From positions 1 through 41,355 of the IMG/VR virus record IMGVR_UViG_3300005512_000089: 41,355 bases of DNA; one strand, written 5' to 3'. Shown here piece after piece: positions 1-10,128 of the stretch. Numbering within the stretch: position 1 is the stretch's first letter; the number at the start of each line of letters is the position of its first letter. The notes beneath the pieces are model-generated. The model was not told the origin of the DNA and did not search any database. It saw nothing but the letters and a program-made list of their open reading frames with translations. The position numbers and the translations under genes are program-made. The DNA comes from a virus (lineage: Duplodnaviria > Caudoviricetes).

Positions 1-4
1 TATA

Positions 5-436
5 TCAGTTATAGGTGAATGTATCCATTACAAATGTAAGCTCTAGTGTAGAGACATTTGTAGAGGCTCTGTCGGCCTGACCGAAGTTAAGTGAAGTGAT
101 CTGAGCGTCAGGTACAGTGATTGTTCTGCTGCCTAGAGGAGTAGGGTCTTCGCCGCAATTAACGGGAGTAACGGTTAGAGTTACAAAGGAACAGTCATAG
201 GTCTTCCAGAAGTCAACGATGTCAGCGTGCTTTTCAGGGTCGAAAGGAGTAGAGATTGTTACTTCAGCAAGAGTACGAGGACCCTTGAGCTGGAAGATAC
301 GTCCTCTTACACCATCGGCATATTGGGTTGTACCAGATGTGTCTCTAATACCGGAAAAAGTAGTGAAGTAGTGGTTTGTGAAACCAGAACACTGAATCCA
401 ATACTGTGCTTGAGTAATGGGCTTATATTTTAGCAT
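5..436 (-). CDS. tail tube protein (T4 gp19/contractile injection system-like)
   Basis: 143 aa; FTTFSGI...Y.DG...I.QL.GP....EVT pattern and a C-terminal TLELTF beta strand typical of contractile tail tubes. Confidence 0.7.
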   Translation of the reverse strand: MLKYKPITQAQYWIQCSGFTNHYFTTFSGIRDTSGTTQYADGVRGRIFQLKGPRTLAEVTISTPFDPEKHADIVDFWKTYDCSFVTLTVTPVNCGEDPTPLGSRTITVPDAQITSLNFGQADRASTNVSTLELTFVMDTFTYN

Positions 437-470
437 AGCAGATTACGTATATGCAATATTCTAAAGAATA

Positions 471-477
471 TTTAAAC
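471..477 (-). promoter_or_regulatory. GTTTAAA putative late promoter element (tail tube)
   Basis: GTTTAAA on the minus strand, 34 nt before the ATG at 436; the same motif precedes many virion genes. Confidence 0.55.
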
Positions 478-485
478 TAAACGTA

Positions 486-2354
486 TTATTGAAAATAAGG
501 GTCGAACCAGCGCCAATATCCCTTACCCTCTGTGTCCAAAGTAACGGCCTCCCTGTGCACAGAGTACCTATTTAACCTGAAGGCTTTCTGATATAGACCC
601 ACAAGATCTTTTGAATCACACTCAGAAAGACTCTCTTGCTCTATTAACGACTTCATTCTCTGGAGTTCTGTCTCGCATAGAGATTTAGACTCCACAGCCT
701 CTGGAGAAATCCTGCGAAGGTTTCTGACTTCTTCTAGCAGTCTTTCTACAACGAAGATGATCTCCCCTGGAGACGTGAACTCGTCAATCTTAAGCTTAGA
801 GATATTCATCTCATTACCGGTGGAGTCAGTGACAATTCTCTGGAACCCTACGTCATCCAGGTCTCCTTTGAACTTAGCGGAAATCTCTTGAGATATCTTC
901 TGCTTTTCAGAAGGCTCTTCAAAATCAAAGAGTTTCATGAGATCCGTACCGAAGTCCATGTCTTCGGCCATCGGAGCCTCTTCTTCCGCTCCTCCTTCCA
1001 TAGGAGGCATCATTCCTCCCATCATTCCTCCCTCGGGCATCTCTTGTTTTGTTAGAGAGGGGATGTTAAGTTTTTCTTTAAGCCAATCAATATCTTCTAC
1101 TTGATAGCCCAAAGCCCCAAGTTGAGAAAGTACTTGTACCATGCGCACTGGATCTTCGCGCTGCTTGAGGTCTTCAAAGTTGCGAACCAATCTAGGAGGA
1201 GTCTTACCAGGGTAGTTGAGTTCTACTATCCATCGGACCAATGTAGAGTTGATTGTCTCATCGAGTTCTTCAGAGAATGCCTTGGCCTTTCTCATACGCA
1301 CAGAGTCGGCGATTTGATCGCGCGCAAATGAGCCAACACTCCCAGTCTCTTGGCCAACAGTTGTCTCGCCGTTAATCACAAAACTGATTTGCTGGTCAAT
1401 ATATGTAATAAGCTGATTATAGAGTTCTGGGCGACCATTGCTCTCTAGCCAGTTGATATCCATCTCGTCAGGGATCACAACTGCGGTCTCTTGGCCTAAA
1501 CGCTGGAGCGCTGTGAATAAAGAGTTAACCTCTTCCTCGGGTGTGCCTAAGCTAAATTTACCCACAGCTGTTGGTGTGGTGTGCTTATCGGCATACTGCA
1601 ACCAGAAATTTAAAAGAGTTCTTCTAAACTCTACTAAGGGGTATAGCTGCCGTCCGAGGCCAGAGCCATGGACATCCATGAAATTACTATAGGCCCAGTG
1701 TCTATGCATAATCATAGACCTAAGCGGTATGCCCATGCCCTCCACAGGAGAGAACATTGTAATAAGCCTAGGACTTACGGTGCCATCTTCATTGAGTCTG
1801 AACAAGAAGCGCCGGGGGTCTCTTATCTTAATCTCAGAGGGCACGATGTATTTGCCCTGCTTCATCCAACAAATCTCGCCGATCGACATCCCTAGGACAA
1901 TCGATTCGCACATCCCTCTGATAAAAGTATCAAATCCAGAGTTAGTTGCTACTAGCTGTTCTTTGCCATAGGATTGCCTTGTGTTACTTCCCATACGATT
2001 TATGACTTGTCGCACAAATTCTGCGATCTTCTCGTCTTCGTTGGAGTCTGAGGAAGGGTAAACTTCCCAAGGCCTTTGAACTATCTCTCCTATTAGTTTC
2101 TCCCAGGCAGCAAGAATTTGGCTATCGTTAAATAGCCTCATGTACTTCTCGATGGCCCGTGGGCCTCCGCCACCCTCCTCTAAGAGGATATCATCGCGAC
2201 GAGGGAGGATTACCCCACTTGTTAGATAGGGCGCTCCTGAATAGGAGTATGGATCTGATTTATATCCTGCTAAGTTACCCTGAGGAGTTCCCAAGGAAAA
2301 ATAACGATCGAAAAACCCAGATTTAATATGCCTTTGGGGATTTTCAGAGGTCAT
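486..2354 (-). CDS. portal protein (DUF935, Mu gp29-like) with C-terminal extension
   Basis: G.S..EI.W, HGSGLGRQLY, FW..YADK...P..VGK, IDQQIS..I.G.T and GSFA..Q motifs of DUF935 portals. Confidence 0.85.
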   Translation of the reverse strand: MTSENPQRHIKSGFFDRYFSLGTPQGNLAGYKSDPYSYSGAPYLTSGVILPRRDDILLEEGGGGPRAIEKYMRLFNDSQILAAWEKLIGEIVQRPWEVYPSSDSNEDEKIAEFVRQVINRMGSNTRQSYGKEQLVATNSGFDTFIRGMCESIVLGMSIGEICWMKQGKYIVPSEIKIRDPRRFLFRLNEDGTVSPRLITMFSPVEGMGIPLRSMIMHRHWAYSNFMDVHGSGLGRQLYPLVEFRRTLLNFWLQYADKHTTPTAVGKFSLGTPEEEVNSLFTALQRLGQETAVVIPDEMDINWLESNGRPELYNQLITYIDQQISFVINGETTVGQETGSVGSFARDQIADSVRMRKAKAFSEELDETINSTLVRWIVELNYPGKTPPRLVRNFEDLKQREDPVRMVQVLSQLGALGYQVEDIDWLKEKLNIPSLTKQEMPEGGMMGGMMPPMEGGAEEEAPMAEDMDFGTDLMKLFDFEEPSEKQKISQEISAKFKGDLDDVGFQRIVTDSTGNEMNISKLKIDEFTSPGEIIFVVERLLEEVRNLRRISPEAVESKSLCETELQRMKSLIEQESLSECDSKDLVGLYQKAFRLNRYSVHREAVTLDTEGKGYWRWFDPYFQ

Positions 2355-2366
2355 TAAGTCAAAACA

Positions 2367-2561
2367 TTATTCTTTAGTATCTTTAAACTCAGTTGGCTCA
2401 TTTACCTTCTGAAGATCAATGTATACTGTTTCTAGCTCCATTAGCCTATTTGTTAGTTCTTCTCGGGTAAGCGTTCCTGCCTCCCATTCTTCTATGAGCT
2501 GTTCAGCTCCTTCAACAACAACGTTGTGACCTGTTGTTAGAATGTTGATTCCTTCTTCCAT
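2367..2561 (-). CDS. hypothetical protein
   Basis: 64-aa ORF packed between neighbours on the same strand. Confidence 0.55.
   Translation of the reverse strand: MEEGINILTTGHNVVVEGAEQLIEEWEAGTLTREELTNRLMELETVYIDLQKVNEPTEFKDTKE
2382..2388 (-). promoter_or_regulatory. GTTTAAA putative late promoter element (portal)
   Basis: 27 nt before the portal ATG at 2354. Confidence 0.5.
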
Positions 2562-3502
2562 TTTTCAAAGTCCTTGCGAATTTTTCTGTAAAAGTTAGAG
2601 TAGGTCTCGCGCCAAATTTCTTCGTACTTCCTAAGATGCTTGAAGTAACTTGACTCCCAAGTTTCTTGGGTGTATAGATCTTTATACTCTTCTGGGATGT
2701 TTTTGGAAAAATAATTGAGTTCCATTGCTAATATGGCGCTCATAAAATCTCCCCTCTTGGCAATCATTTGTTTCTTTAGGTCCCTTAGATCGATGTGGGG
2801 GAAGTTTTTCTTTACCTCGTGGAACAGAGGGGATCTAAATAGATCTGTTTTTTCTTCCTTTCTCTCTTTCTTTATAGTTTCCTCATACGCGTTATCTAAG
2901 ATGTCGGCAATAAATGTTGAGTTAAATTCAACTTTTGTTCCTTCGTTGACTCTCTCCCAGAATTTTTTGAAAGCATCATATCCTTTTACGATCGTAGAAT
3001 TTGCGTAGGTCTGCAGTTTTTGTTTTATCTCCCTCTGAGCAGCGGCTGCGTAATGCATATCTTTTCCATCTGGCCAATAGGCTTTTCTCTGTGCCAAGGA
3101 GTTTGCCCACAAGAAAGTGGTGAGTAGCTTTTTAATCCTAGGGTCGGAAAGGTCTTTTTTAGGTAAGTCATCAATATCTATGATTGATTTCTTCCAGTCA
3201 TAAAATATATCTAGCGCTTTCACCTCTGCTGCTTGCCAGATAGGAGTTTTTGAAAGTTTTCCTATATGGGAATGGTCAAGTTCTCCGTATCCCGTTAATT
3301 CGTTTATTAAGATATCATCTTCTGAAAGGGCTTCTGATGTTACAACGCTTGGTTTATTCCCAGATTTTGCATTTACATTTAACTCGGCGATCCATTTCTC
3401 GTGGGCTAATGTCTGTTCGTGTTTCCACTTATCGTGCAATAAAACCTTATCAAGGGCCGCGTCAGAGATATTAGACAGTAGCAACAGTTCCTGAATCTGC
3501 AT
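2537..3502 (-). CDS. hypothetical helical protein
   Basis: 321-aa ORF overlapping both neighbours; no motif recognised. Confidence 0.75.
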   Translation of the reverse strand: MQIQELLLLSNISDAALDKVLLHDKWKHEQTLAHEKWIAELNVNAKSGNKPSVVTSEALSEDDILINELTGYGELDHSHIGKLSKTPIWQAAEVKALDIFYDWKKSIIDIDDLPKKDLSDPRIKKLLTTFLWANSLAQRKAYWPDGKDMHYAAAAQREIKQKLQTYANSTIVKGYDAFKKFWERVNEGTKVEFNSTFIADILDNAYEETIKKERKEEKTDLFRSPLFHEVKKNFPHIDLRDLKKQMIAKRGDFMSAILAMELNYFSKNIPEEYKDLYTQETWESSYFKHLRKYEEIWRETYSNFYRKIRKDFEKWKKESTF

Positions 3503-3935
3503 TTGATTTCTCGAGCTTACGTATCTCTAAGTCTATATAGCTCATTATATCACGATAATTCCAACAGTCAATAACTTTATCAAATATTGAAGGATCTATT
3601 CTTCCAATATCCATTCCGAAAGTCAAAAGCCTATTTATGTCCGTCCAGCAATTAGTTCCCGGTTCGTCAAATAAAAACACCTTTTTGTCTAGTTCAGATT
3701 TTTCTAGCAAGCTTAGCGTGTGAAAAAAGCTAGATAATAGAGCAGAATCCCATCCAGAGAAGATGATAAAATCGGAGCTCTTTATCAAAGCATCAGTAAT
3801 CGATTGTCTTGTTTTTAATTCGATGTTTTCTTTTTCTGTTAAAGTTTGTTCTAAATGAACAACCATTTTATTTAAGTCAGAAGTAGTGTCTACCGACTTA
3901 GACTTTATAACAACTACTGATAGTTTAGAAGACAT
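3471..3935 (-). CDS. degenerate LOG/SLOG-family protein
   Basis: LIKSSDFIIFSG...LSSFFHTL...KKVFLFD....W.....L....D.G.I follows the LOG C-terminal pattern, but the PGGxGTxxE motif is replaced by SGWDSALLS. Confidence 0.5.
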   Translation of the reverse strand: MSSKLSVVVIKSKSVDTTSDLNKMVVHLEQTLTEKENIELKTRQSITDALIKSSDFIIFSGWDSALLSSFFHTLSLLEKSELDKKVFLFDEPGTNCWTDINRLLTFGMDIGRIDPSIFDKVIDCWNYRDIMSYIDLEIRKLEKSNADSGTVATV

Positions 3936-3957
3936 ATTTTTTTTTAAGCTACAAAGC

Positions 3958-3983
3958 TTTAAACTTAAAGTTTAAAGTTTAAA
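3958..3983. promoter_or_regulatory. divergent GTTTAAA elements
   Basis: minus copy at 3958-3964 (22 nt before ATG 3935); tandem plus copies at 3970-3976 and 3977-3983 before ATG 3997. Confidence 0.55.
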
Positions 3984-3996
3984 AAAGCGTTTTAAC

Positions 3997-6900
3997 ATGT
4001 TATTCGGAGACACAATCAAGCAACTAGCCCTTATTAAGGGCAGCTTGACGTTTATCGTTGAGCAGGCTGTAGATGCCTATGAAAAACAAGTCTCTCCGAT
4101 TTCTACGAAAATAGAAAGACAAAAGGCAATAGACTCTACTTATGAGTTAGCGCGTATTGTAATAGACCGAATAGAAAAAGAAAAGCCAATGTCGGTTTTT
4201 CCTCTTTTTCCGGTAATATCAAACACTTTAGTTATAAATAATTTCAATGTAGAGTTCTTCATAGTGACTCTAATCGCTCTAAAGCAGATAATCCCAGAAT
4301 TCATATTTAAAGCGACAAATCGATCAAACACAACTACAGAGAGATTTATATCTTTGTATATTGATAAGATTAATAAGTCCGTTATAAATTTAGATATTTT
4401 TACAAAGGGCCTTACTTCTGATCAGTTAATTCAATTAATTTCGCCCTATGCTCCTTCTAAAACCCTTATTGAACAGAATCTTGTAGTTGATAAACAAGAG
4501 CCTTTTGATGGGGTAAACTACACCCTCTTTAATAGAGATAAATACTGGGAAGAGCAAGTAAAAATAATCGCAAATAGCAAAGGGCAGATCGTGTCGTTTC
4601 CTCAGACGATTTATAAAAATAAGCTGTATAATATCAATAAAGGAATTTCAAAAGTTGATGTAAGCTTCTTTGCTGAAGAATGGACGGAGTACGTTCCTAG
4701 ACTTTTAAATAAAGAAAAAACTTTTAATAACAGACTAAAATCTAATATAAATAAATACGTTACGCAGGCTCTGACGATATCTCAAGACATTAACCAATCC
4801 ATCTCTGACTCTTCTATACAAAAAGCAGAGTCTAATTTGCAATATACAGAAAAAGACCTATTAAATAGTTTTGCAGGAAAGGGACAAGATGTGATAGATA
4901 ACGTAATTAGTCTTAAAACGTTTTGCTATTATTTTGGAAATAGCGAAGCCTCTCCGGTAGGAAACGTGGACTACCTCGCTTCTTTCTATGAGTATCTTTA
5001 CGCGTCTTGCTACGGAAGGTCTTTAGAAGAAGGCTTTACTAGCATTGACGGTATTAGCCTATTTGGAAAATTTAACGAGCTTTTTTTCTATGGGAATGTA
5101 GAAAATAAAATAGCGGGTTTATCCTTTCTTGATGGCTTCTCTAAGCTAAAGTCTTTTAATCACAGACTAAAAATATACGATACTTATAAAGATATTTTTA
5201 TAGACGAGGATGTTAAGAAAACAGAGATAAAGGGGGATAAGTACTTTATAGGTATAAAGCATAATCCCATATACACTAAGTACATAACCGGATTAGAAGA
5301 TAGATTTGAATTTGACGTAAAAAATCCTTACGTGGAAGAATACGAACTAAATGTTGATGTCATATTGTTTGGAATAGAGACCATATACAACATTTCCACT
5401 AATTTAGGAGGATTACTCTCCGCGGTAAAAAGCTCGTTATCTGAAGGGGGCACATTGCCTGGGTATGAAGGACTAGGCCCCATTTCTGTTCAAATAGAAG
5501 AACTATCTAAGATTTTCCTAAGTAAAAACGAGATAGACTATCTATATAATAACAAGAAAATAATGCCTGGACTAAGCGGATTATCAAAGTATTTGCTTAG
5601 TAGCTATCAAAAATTAATCGCAGTAGCACCAGATGTCTCGTTTACAGGTGAATCTTTACGCAAGATAAGTTTGTGGGGAAGACAGATTCAGTACGCTTTA
5701 GAGAATATCTTGTCAGAAATAGAAGGTATAGGATATCGAGTGGGGTCTTTTATTCCAAACATATCTTTTAAATCTTTCTCTGCAGATAGAGAAAGCCTAA
5801 TTGACCAACTAAGATCTTTAAATTTTCAAGAATCAGAGATAAATCAGTTTCTTTCTTGTGAGACTTTTGAAGAGTTGCTGCTTAAATTTGCTCCAATAAC
5901 AGACTCGAAAGACCAAACTTCGTTCTTTAAAGCGTATGAATTAACTCAATTAATTTATGAATTTGGAGGAGAGAGCGCAATTGATTCTTATATATCTTAT
6001 CTATATTCCAATAAAGAAGATAACTTAATTTCTTTGTTAAACTTTACGTTAAAGGACCAAACAAGAGCCTCCACATATAACAGCCAGAAATTTGCAAAGT
6101 TAATAGGATTGTTAATAAATCTAACTCATGCAATAGATCCTTCTCAGCTTGATAAATTTAAAGAGTTTCTTGAGGGTAATAGACTAACATTTTTTGAATC
6201 TATCACGTATTTGATTAATAATAAAGAAGCAAATATACTACTAGATAAAGAAGAAATCAATTTATTAAAGCCAGTTGCAGACAGTTTAATCTACGGAAAA
6301 TCTCCCTTTGGATTAGACTCAAATGCTATTGATTATGACACAATATATAAAGAGGCTCCTGTTGCCCTGAAACAATGGACAAGAACATTAGATGAGAACT
6401 TGGGCAACGCGTCAACGAACCTCATTAAAAATTTATACGATAAGAGTTCTGGGTTAACCACAAAAGAACTGCTCTTAATATTAAATCCAGATTCTTTTCA
6501 TAATGAACTAGGACAAATAATAGATGGGTACGAGGGCGGAAGATTAACAAAGTTTATGAATTATGCGTACCTGAGTGGGTTGTTATATAAAATAGGATAC
6601 TATAATAATTCCTATCAAGTTCCTAATTTCTTTATCTCAGGAAGAAGCCCGATAAAACTAGAGGCGATTGTCCAGGTCTTATCGAGTTTGACTACTTCTA
6701 TAAATATAACACTAACTAATTTTGTTAATAATATAGAAGATGAAGTGCCCTTAAGCTCTGAAACATTGTATAGTTTTAAAAATATAAAAGACTCATATAA
6801 TAGAAAGATTGAAGATATTTCTGCACTAATTAAAAATTTAATACCGATAGATGGAGACATAAAAAACATAAATTATCCGTCTTTGAGCTCAAGTAGCGAT

Positions 6901-7938
6901 ATATTAAGCCCTCCAGGTATTGGTAATTCCCCCATGCCTCAGGCAATAACTAGAGTGGGTACTATTTCACCAGAACAAGCAAATCAACTTTCTTCAGAGA
7001 TTGTCTCTAACTTCTCATTTAAAGCGCCTTTGAATAAAGAAAACACTGATAGTAACGACGTAATAAGAAAGTTTATCAAGTACGTTGATAAAAACAAAGA
7101 AATCTTAGGATCACCTCTAAGGAGTAATTATGTTACCAAGTCCTCAGATGCTATAAGTCCAGCAACTGACGTATTAAAACAGGAAGAAGTAAACTTTAAA
7201 AGGGACGTAGATACAATAGATTTGAGTTCATTTGGCCCCAATGAAGTTGTAGATAAAATAGAAGATAAAGTAATTAAAAATTTAGTGTTAACTGGATTAC
7301 TAGAAGAATTCAGTCCTATAGAATTCTGTAAAAAGTTCGGAGGGACAGACTGTGAAAATAGATACAAGGACGGCATTAACCCGTGTGGAGATTTAACTAA
7401 CAGATCGATTTATCCCGAAGAAGACCTAACAGATATCGCCCCTGCGGCTCCAAGTAGTGTTCCCATCGATCGGGCTAGCGGTAGGAACTCAGAGAATAAA
7501 CTACCTAACGCCTTCGTTCCTAGTAAAGGAAATAGTAATAGGCCCCTGTGGTTTGATCTATTCTCAAATCTTGATGGATCAGAAGGATCAAGTGGTTTAG
7601 GGGACTTCATTGCAGATCAGGCAGCCGAATTTGATATAAAGATAGGAATAGGCGGCGAGCCAATTTTAAATAAAATATACGAAAATCCTATCGTATTCAA
7701 AGAAACAGATCAGAATAATAAATATAACTCGTTGTATTTCAATTCTTCGATGGGACTAATAGAGGCAATTAAGGCTAAATACGAGAAAGACGAGCCGTTT
7801 AAATGCTCCTTATTAGGAGATACTTATGCCTATCTCGCTTGTATGAACCTACTTAAATGCAAGAAATTTAAAACTTCAGACAATGCTTCCTTCCTCAGAT
7901 TCTGTCCTAAGACCCTTGCTGGAGGGTTAAACAAATGA
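3997..7938 (+). CDS. large hypothetical protein (1313 aa), possibly virion-associated
   Basis: long AT-rich ORF with Cys clusters near the C-terminus; first gene of an overlapping three-gene operon that ends in a fibre gene. Confidence 0.85.
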   Translation: MLFGDTIKQLALIKGSLTFIVEQAVDAYEKQVSPISTKIERQKAIDSTYELARIVIDRIEKEKPMSVFPLFPVISNTLVINNFNVEFFIVTLIALKQIIPEFIFKATNRSNTTTERFISLYIDKINKSVINLDIFTKGLTSDQLIQLISPYAPSKTLIEQNLVVDKQEPFDGVNYTLFNRDKYWEEQVKIIANSKGQIVSFPQTIYKNKLYNINKGISKVDVSFFAEEWTEYVPRLLNKEKTFNNRLKSNINKYVTQALTISQDINQSISDSSIQKAESNLQYTEKDLLNSFAGKGQDVIDNVISLKTFCYYFGNSEASPVGNVDYLASFYEYLYASCYGRSLEEGFTSIDGISLFGKFNELFFYGNVENKIAGLSFLDGFSKLKSFNHRLKIYDTYKDIFIDEDVKKTEIKGDKYFIGIKHNPIYTKYITGLEDRFEFDVKNPYVEEYELNVDVILFGIETIYNISTNLGGLLSAVKSSLSEGGTLPGYEGLGPISVQIEELSKIFLSKNEIDYLYNNKKIMPGLSGLSKYLLSSYQKLIAVAPDVSFTGESLRKISLWGRQIQYALENILSEIEGIGYRVGSFIPNISFKSFSADRESLIDQLRSLNFQESEINQFLSCETFEELLLKFAPITDSKDQTSFFKAYELTQLIYEFGGESAIDSYISYLYSNKEDNLISLLNFTLKDQTRASTYNSQKFAKLIGLLINLTHAIDPSQLDKFKEFLEGNRLTFFESITYLINNKEANILLDKEEINLLKPVADSLIYGKSPFGLDSNAIDYDTIYKEAPVALKQWTRTLDENLGNASTNLIKNLYDKSSGLTTKELLLILNPDSFHNELGQIIDGYEGGRLTKFMNYAYLSGLLYKIGYYNNSYQVPNFFISGRSPIKLEAIVQVLSSLTTSINITLTNFVNNIEDEVPLSSETLYSFKNIKDSYNRKIEDISALIKNLIPIDGDIKNINYPSLSSSSDILSPPGIGNSPMPQAITRVGTISPEQANQLSSEIVSNFSFKAPLNKENTDSNDVIRKFIKYVDKNKEILGSPLRSNYVTKSSDAISPATDVLKQEEVNFKRDVDTIDLSSFGPNEVVDKIEDKVIKNLVLTGLLEEFSPIEFCKKFGGTDCENRYKDGINPCGDLTNRSIYPEEDLTDIAPAAPSSVPIDRASGRNSENKLPNAFVPSKGNSNRPLWFDLFSNLDGSEGSSGLGDFIADQAAEFDIKIGIGGEPILNKIYENPIVFKETDQNNKYNSLYFNSSMGLIEAIKAKYEKDEPFKCSLLGDTYAYLACMNLLKCKKFKTSDNASFLRFCPKTLAGGLNK

Positions 7939-8753
7939 AAATATACACCAATTTCTTATTGAATTCAAATAAAACAATATTTTTACCTCTTGATAAGGTG
8001 CAAAATAGTAGTTTTAATTACGTAAGTTTTAAAGAAAAAAACGTTGTTTCTAATGATAGTGTATTTATATCAAAAGAAAAAAATAATTCTGCAATATTAA
8101 CAATTACGCACGATGCAAATTACGTTATAGAGGAATTAAAACTAAGCAATCAAGATATAAAAACTTGGGACGATCTGTGGATAGAAGCTCAATCTGGAGA
8201 CAGCGTTGATCCTAGGATAGAGAAGATAAACCTTCAAAGAAACTCTTTGGTCTATGTAAATATGAATATTAGAAGAGAACATCTAAGAGAGGTAAATTTA
8301 GAAGGGAATACGGAATTAAAGGCCTTTATTGCCACTGACGCTCCTATTTTAGAGGACGTAAATTTAACAGATTGCTCTGGCTTAGAAGTAGTAGAATTAG
8401 GTTTCTCAAAGAATATCAAGAGATTGAGTTTAAAGAATTGTAGGTTGACAGATATAGGGTTGGAAAAGATTCTCTCTTCTTTGATTCCTACAATTTGTAG
8501 TACTTCTAATATCATCCCAGGCACACTCCCGCCTTTTAGAAAAAATATAAGCACTCTCTTAGATCTAAGGGGCAACGAGATTACCTGGAGTAATCGTAGG
8601 GTGGCGTCCAAAATTAGAATGCTATTAACAAATAACTGGGCGGTTTTGTGGGATAATCCTCCTCCAACAAGTGTTATTCCTATCCAAATGTACGCCTCTT
8701 TCACAAATAATCTTAAAAAAGAACAGATAGATCAGTATTATGGCAGACCTTAG
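7935..8753 (+). CDS. leucine-rich repeat protein
   Basis: repeated LxxLxLxxN/C units: IEELKLSNQ, IEKINLQRN, LREVNLEGN, LEDVNLTDC, IKRLSLKNC, LLDLRGN. Confidence 0.7.
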   Translation: MKIYTNFLLNSNKTIFLPLDKVQNSSFNYVSFKEKNVVSNDSVFISKEKNNSAILTITHDANYVIEELKLSNQDIKTWDDLWIEAQSGDSVDPRIEKINLQRNSLVYVNMNIRREHLREVNLEGNTELKAFIATDAPILEDVNLTDCSGLEVVELGFSKNIKRLSLKNCRLTDIGLEKILSSLIPTICSTSNIIPGTLPPFRKNISTLLDLRGNEITWSNRRVASKIRMLLTNNWAVLWDNPPPTSVIPIQMYASFTNNLKKEQIDQYYGRP

Positions 8754-9789
8754 ATCTAAATTTATTGAGGACTACGCCGGTGGATTGTTAAACGTTTCTA
8801 GGCAAGAACTGGCCAGTACAGGACAAGTACTATCCCAAGACGGATTGTTAACCGGCGGAACATTATTTGTAGAGGATGGGACGGGAACAAAAAGCGGATT
8901 AAAGTTAGGGGCATCTCTATGCGAAGTAATTGACCCGACCACAGATCAAGGTGTAGTAAACGTAAGATATGCTGATAGAACCTACGCAAGCTTCAGGGAC
9001 CTAAAGATTTTTTCTACCGCAATTGCATCCGCACAAGCGGCTTTATCCGATGCTTCTTCTGTATCACTGACTAACTTGGAAAACGCTTTCGAGTTGTTAG
9101 AGACAGAGCAAGATAACATAAATAAAAAGTTCGATGATAGGTCAGAACTTATTAATGCCAGACTAGAGGAACTAGAGCAGATCCCTACTTTACAAAACCA
9201 AATCGGGCAGTTAGATGCACTAGCACAGTCAACAGAGCTAAGGGTCACAAGTTTAGAAGCTGCCACAAGCTCCTCTCTTAACAGAATCGGATCTTATATT
9301 AGAACAGGTGGTAATAACAATACGGCTGGTATTGATTTTTATAAAACAAGAGGAACCAACGCAGATTTAGCGGGAAGTTTATTTAGAGAGGATCCTATTG
9401 GCACAATCAATTTCTTTGGTAGCGACGGAAACCAAAAAACTCTAGGAGCTGCGATTATTGCAAAAGCAGGTACAGCTTGGGATAACAACGAAAGATCTAC
9501 CTACATTGGGTTTAGTTGGGCGGGTAATATCGAATCTGGTTCTAGTCAAATCCCCGCAGAATGGATACAATTTGGTAAACCTTCCAGCGAAGGAGACGAG
9601 ATAGGCCCTAAGACTATAACTCTTACTAACCCTCCTGAGGTAGTAACCGCGAGACCTAACGTGCAAATAAACAACTCTGGTCAAATTATAAAAGGAGTTG
9701 TAGGTGTGACTCTTGCAGAGCTTAAGAGCGCGGCTTCAGCATCAGCAGACTTTGCCGCATTTAAAACTGCAATTGCGGCTCTAACCTAA
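8740..9789 (+). CDS. tail fibre-like protein
   Basis: coiled coil, then FYKTRGT...IGTINFFGSDG fibre module, then a C-terminal FAAFKTAIAAL helix seen in marine phage fibres. Confidence 0.6.
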   Translation: MADLRSKFIEDYAGGLLNVSRQELASTGQVLSQDGLLTGGTLFVEDGTGTKSGLKLGASLCEVIDPTTDQGVVNVRYADRTYASFRDLKIFSTAIASAQAALSDASSVSLTNLENAFELLETEQDNINKKFDDRSELINARLEELEQIPTLQNQIGQLDALAQSTELRVTSLEAATSSSLNRIGSYIRTGGNNNTAGIDFYKTRGTNADLAGSLFREDPIGTINFFGSDGNQKTLGAAIIAKAGTAWDNNERSTYIGFSWAGNIESGSSQIPAEWIQFGKPSSEGDEIGPKTITLTNPPEVVTARPNVQINNSGQIIKGVVGVTLAELKSAASASADFAAFKTAIAALT

Positions 9790-10128
9790 AAACACCTCTT
9801 CAAGTACAGCTTTTTCTAGTCGGATCGCGTAAATCGGTCCGACTTTTTTTAGTACTACAAACACAACTCCTTCGTCTTTATCTTCTTCATCTGGCAGAAG
9901 TTGTTCTGAAATGCTCTCCAAGGAGTCAGATCCTCCGAGCATCCGAGAGATTTCGTTTTTTTCAAATATCCACATCAAGTCATTTTGATCTTGTGTAGCA
10001 ACGTAGAGAGCTATTGGATCGTTATTTTTAAGACAGGCTCTAAACTTAGGAACTAATTCTTCCTCGAATCTAGAGATATTTTTAAATATGCTTTTAATTT
10101 TTTCTCTGGCTTCTGGATGTTCAAACAT
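9781..10128 (-). CDS. hypothetical protein
   Basis: 115-aa ORF coupled to the deaminase by a TAATG overlap. Confidence 0.7.
   Translation of the reverse strand: MFEHPEAREKIKSIFKNISRFEEELVPKFRACLKNNDPIALYVATQDQNDLMWIFEKNEISRMLGGSDSLESISEQLLPDEEDKDEGVVFVVLKKVGPIYAIRLEKAVLEEVFLG

Noticed and set aside
1-1200. Apparent CTAG over-representation
   Set aside because: A hand count in the first 1.2 kb (about 4) is near random expectation, so it is merely not depleted.
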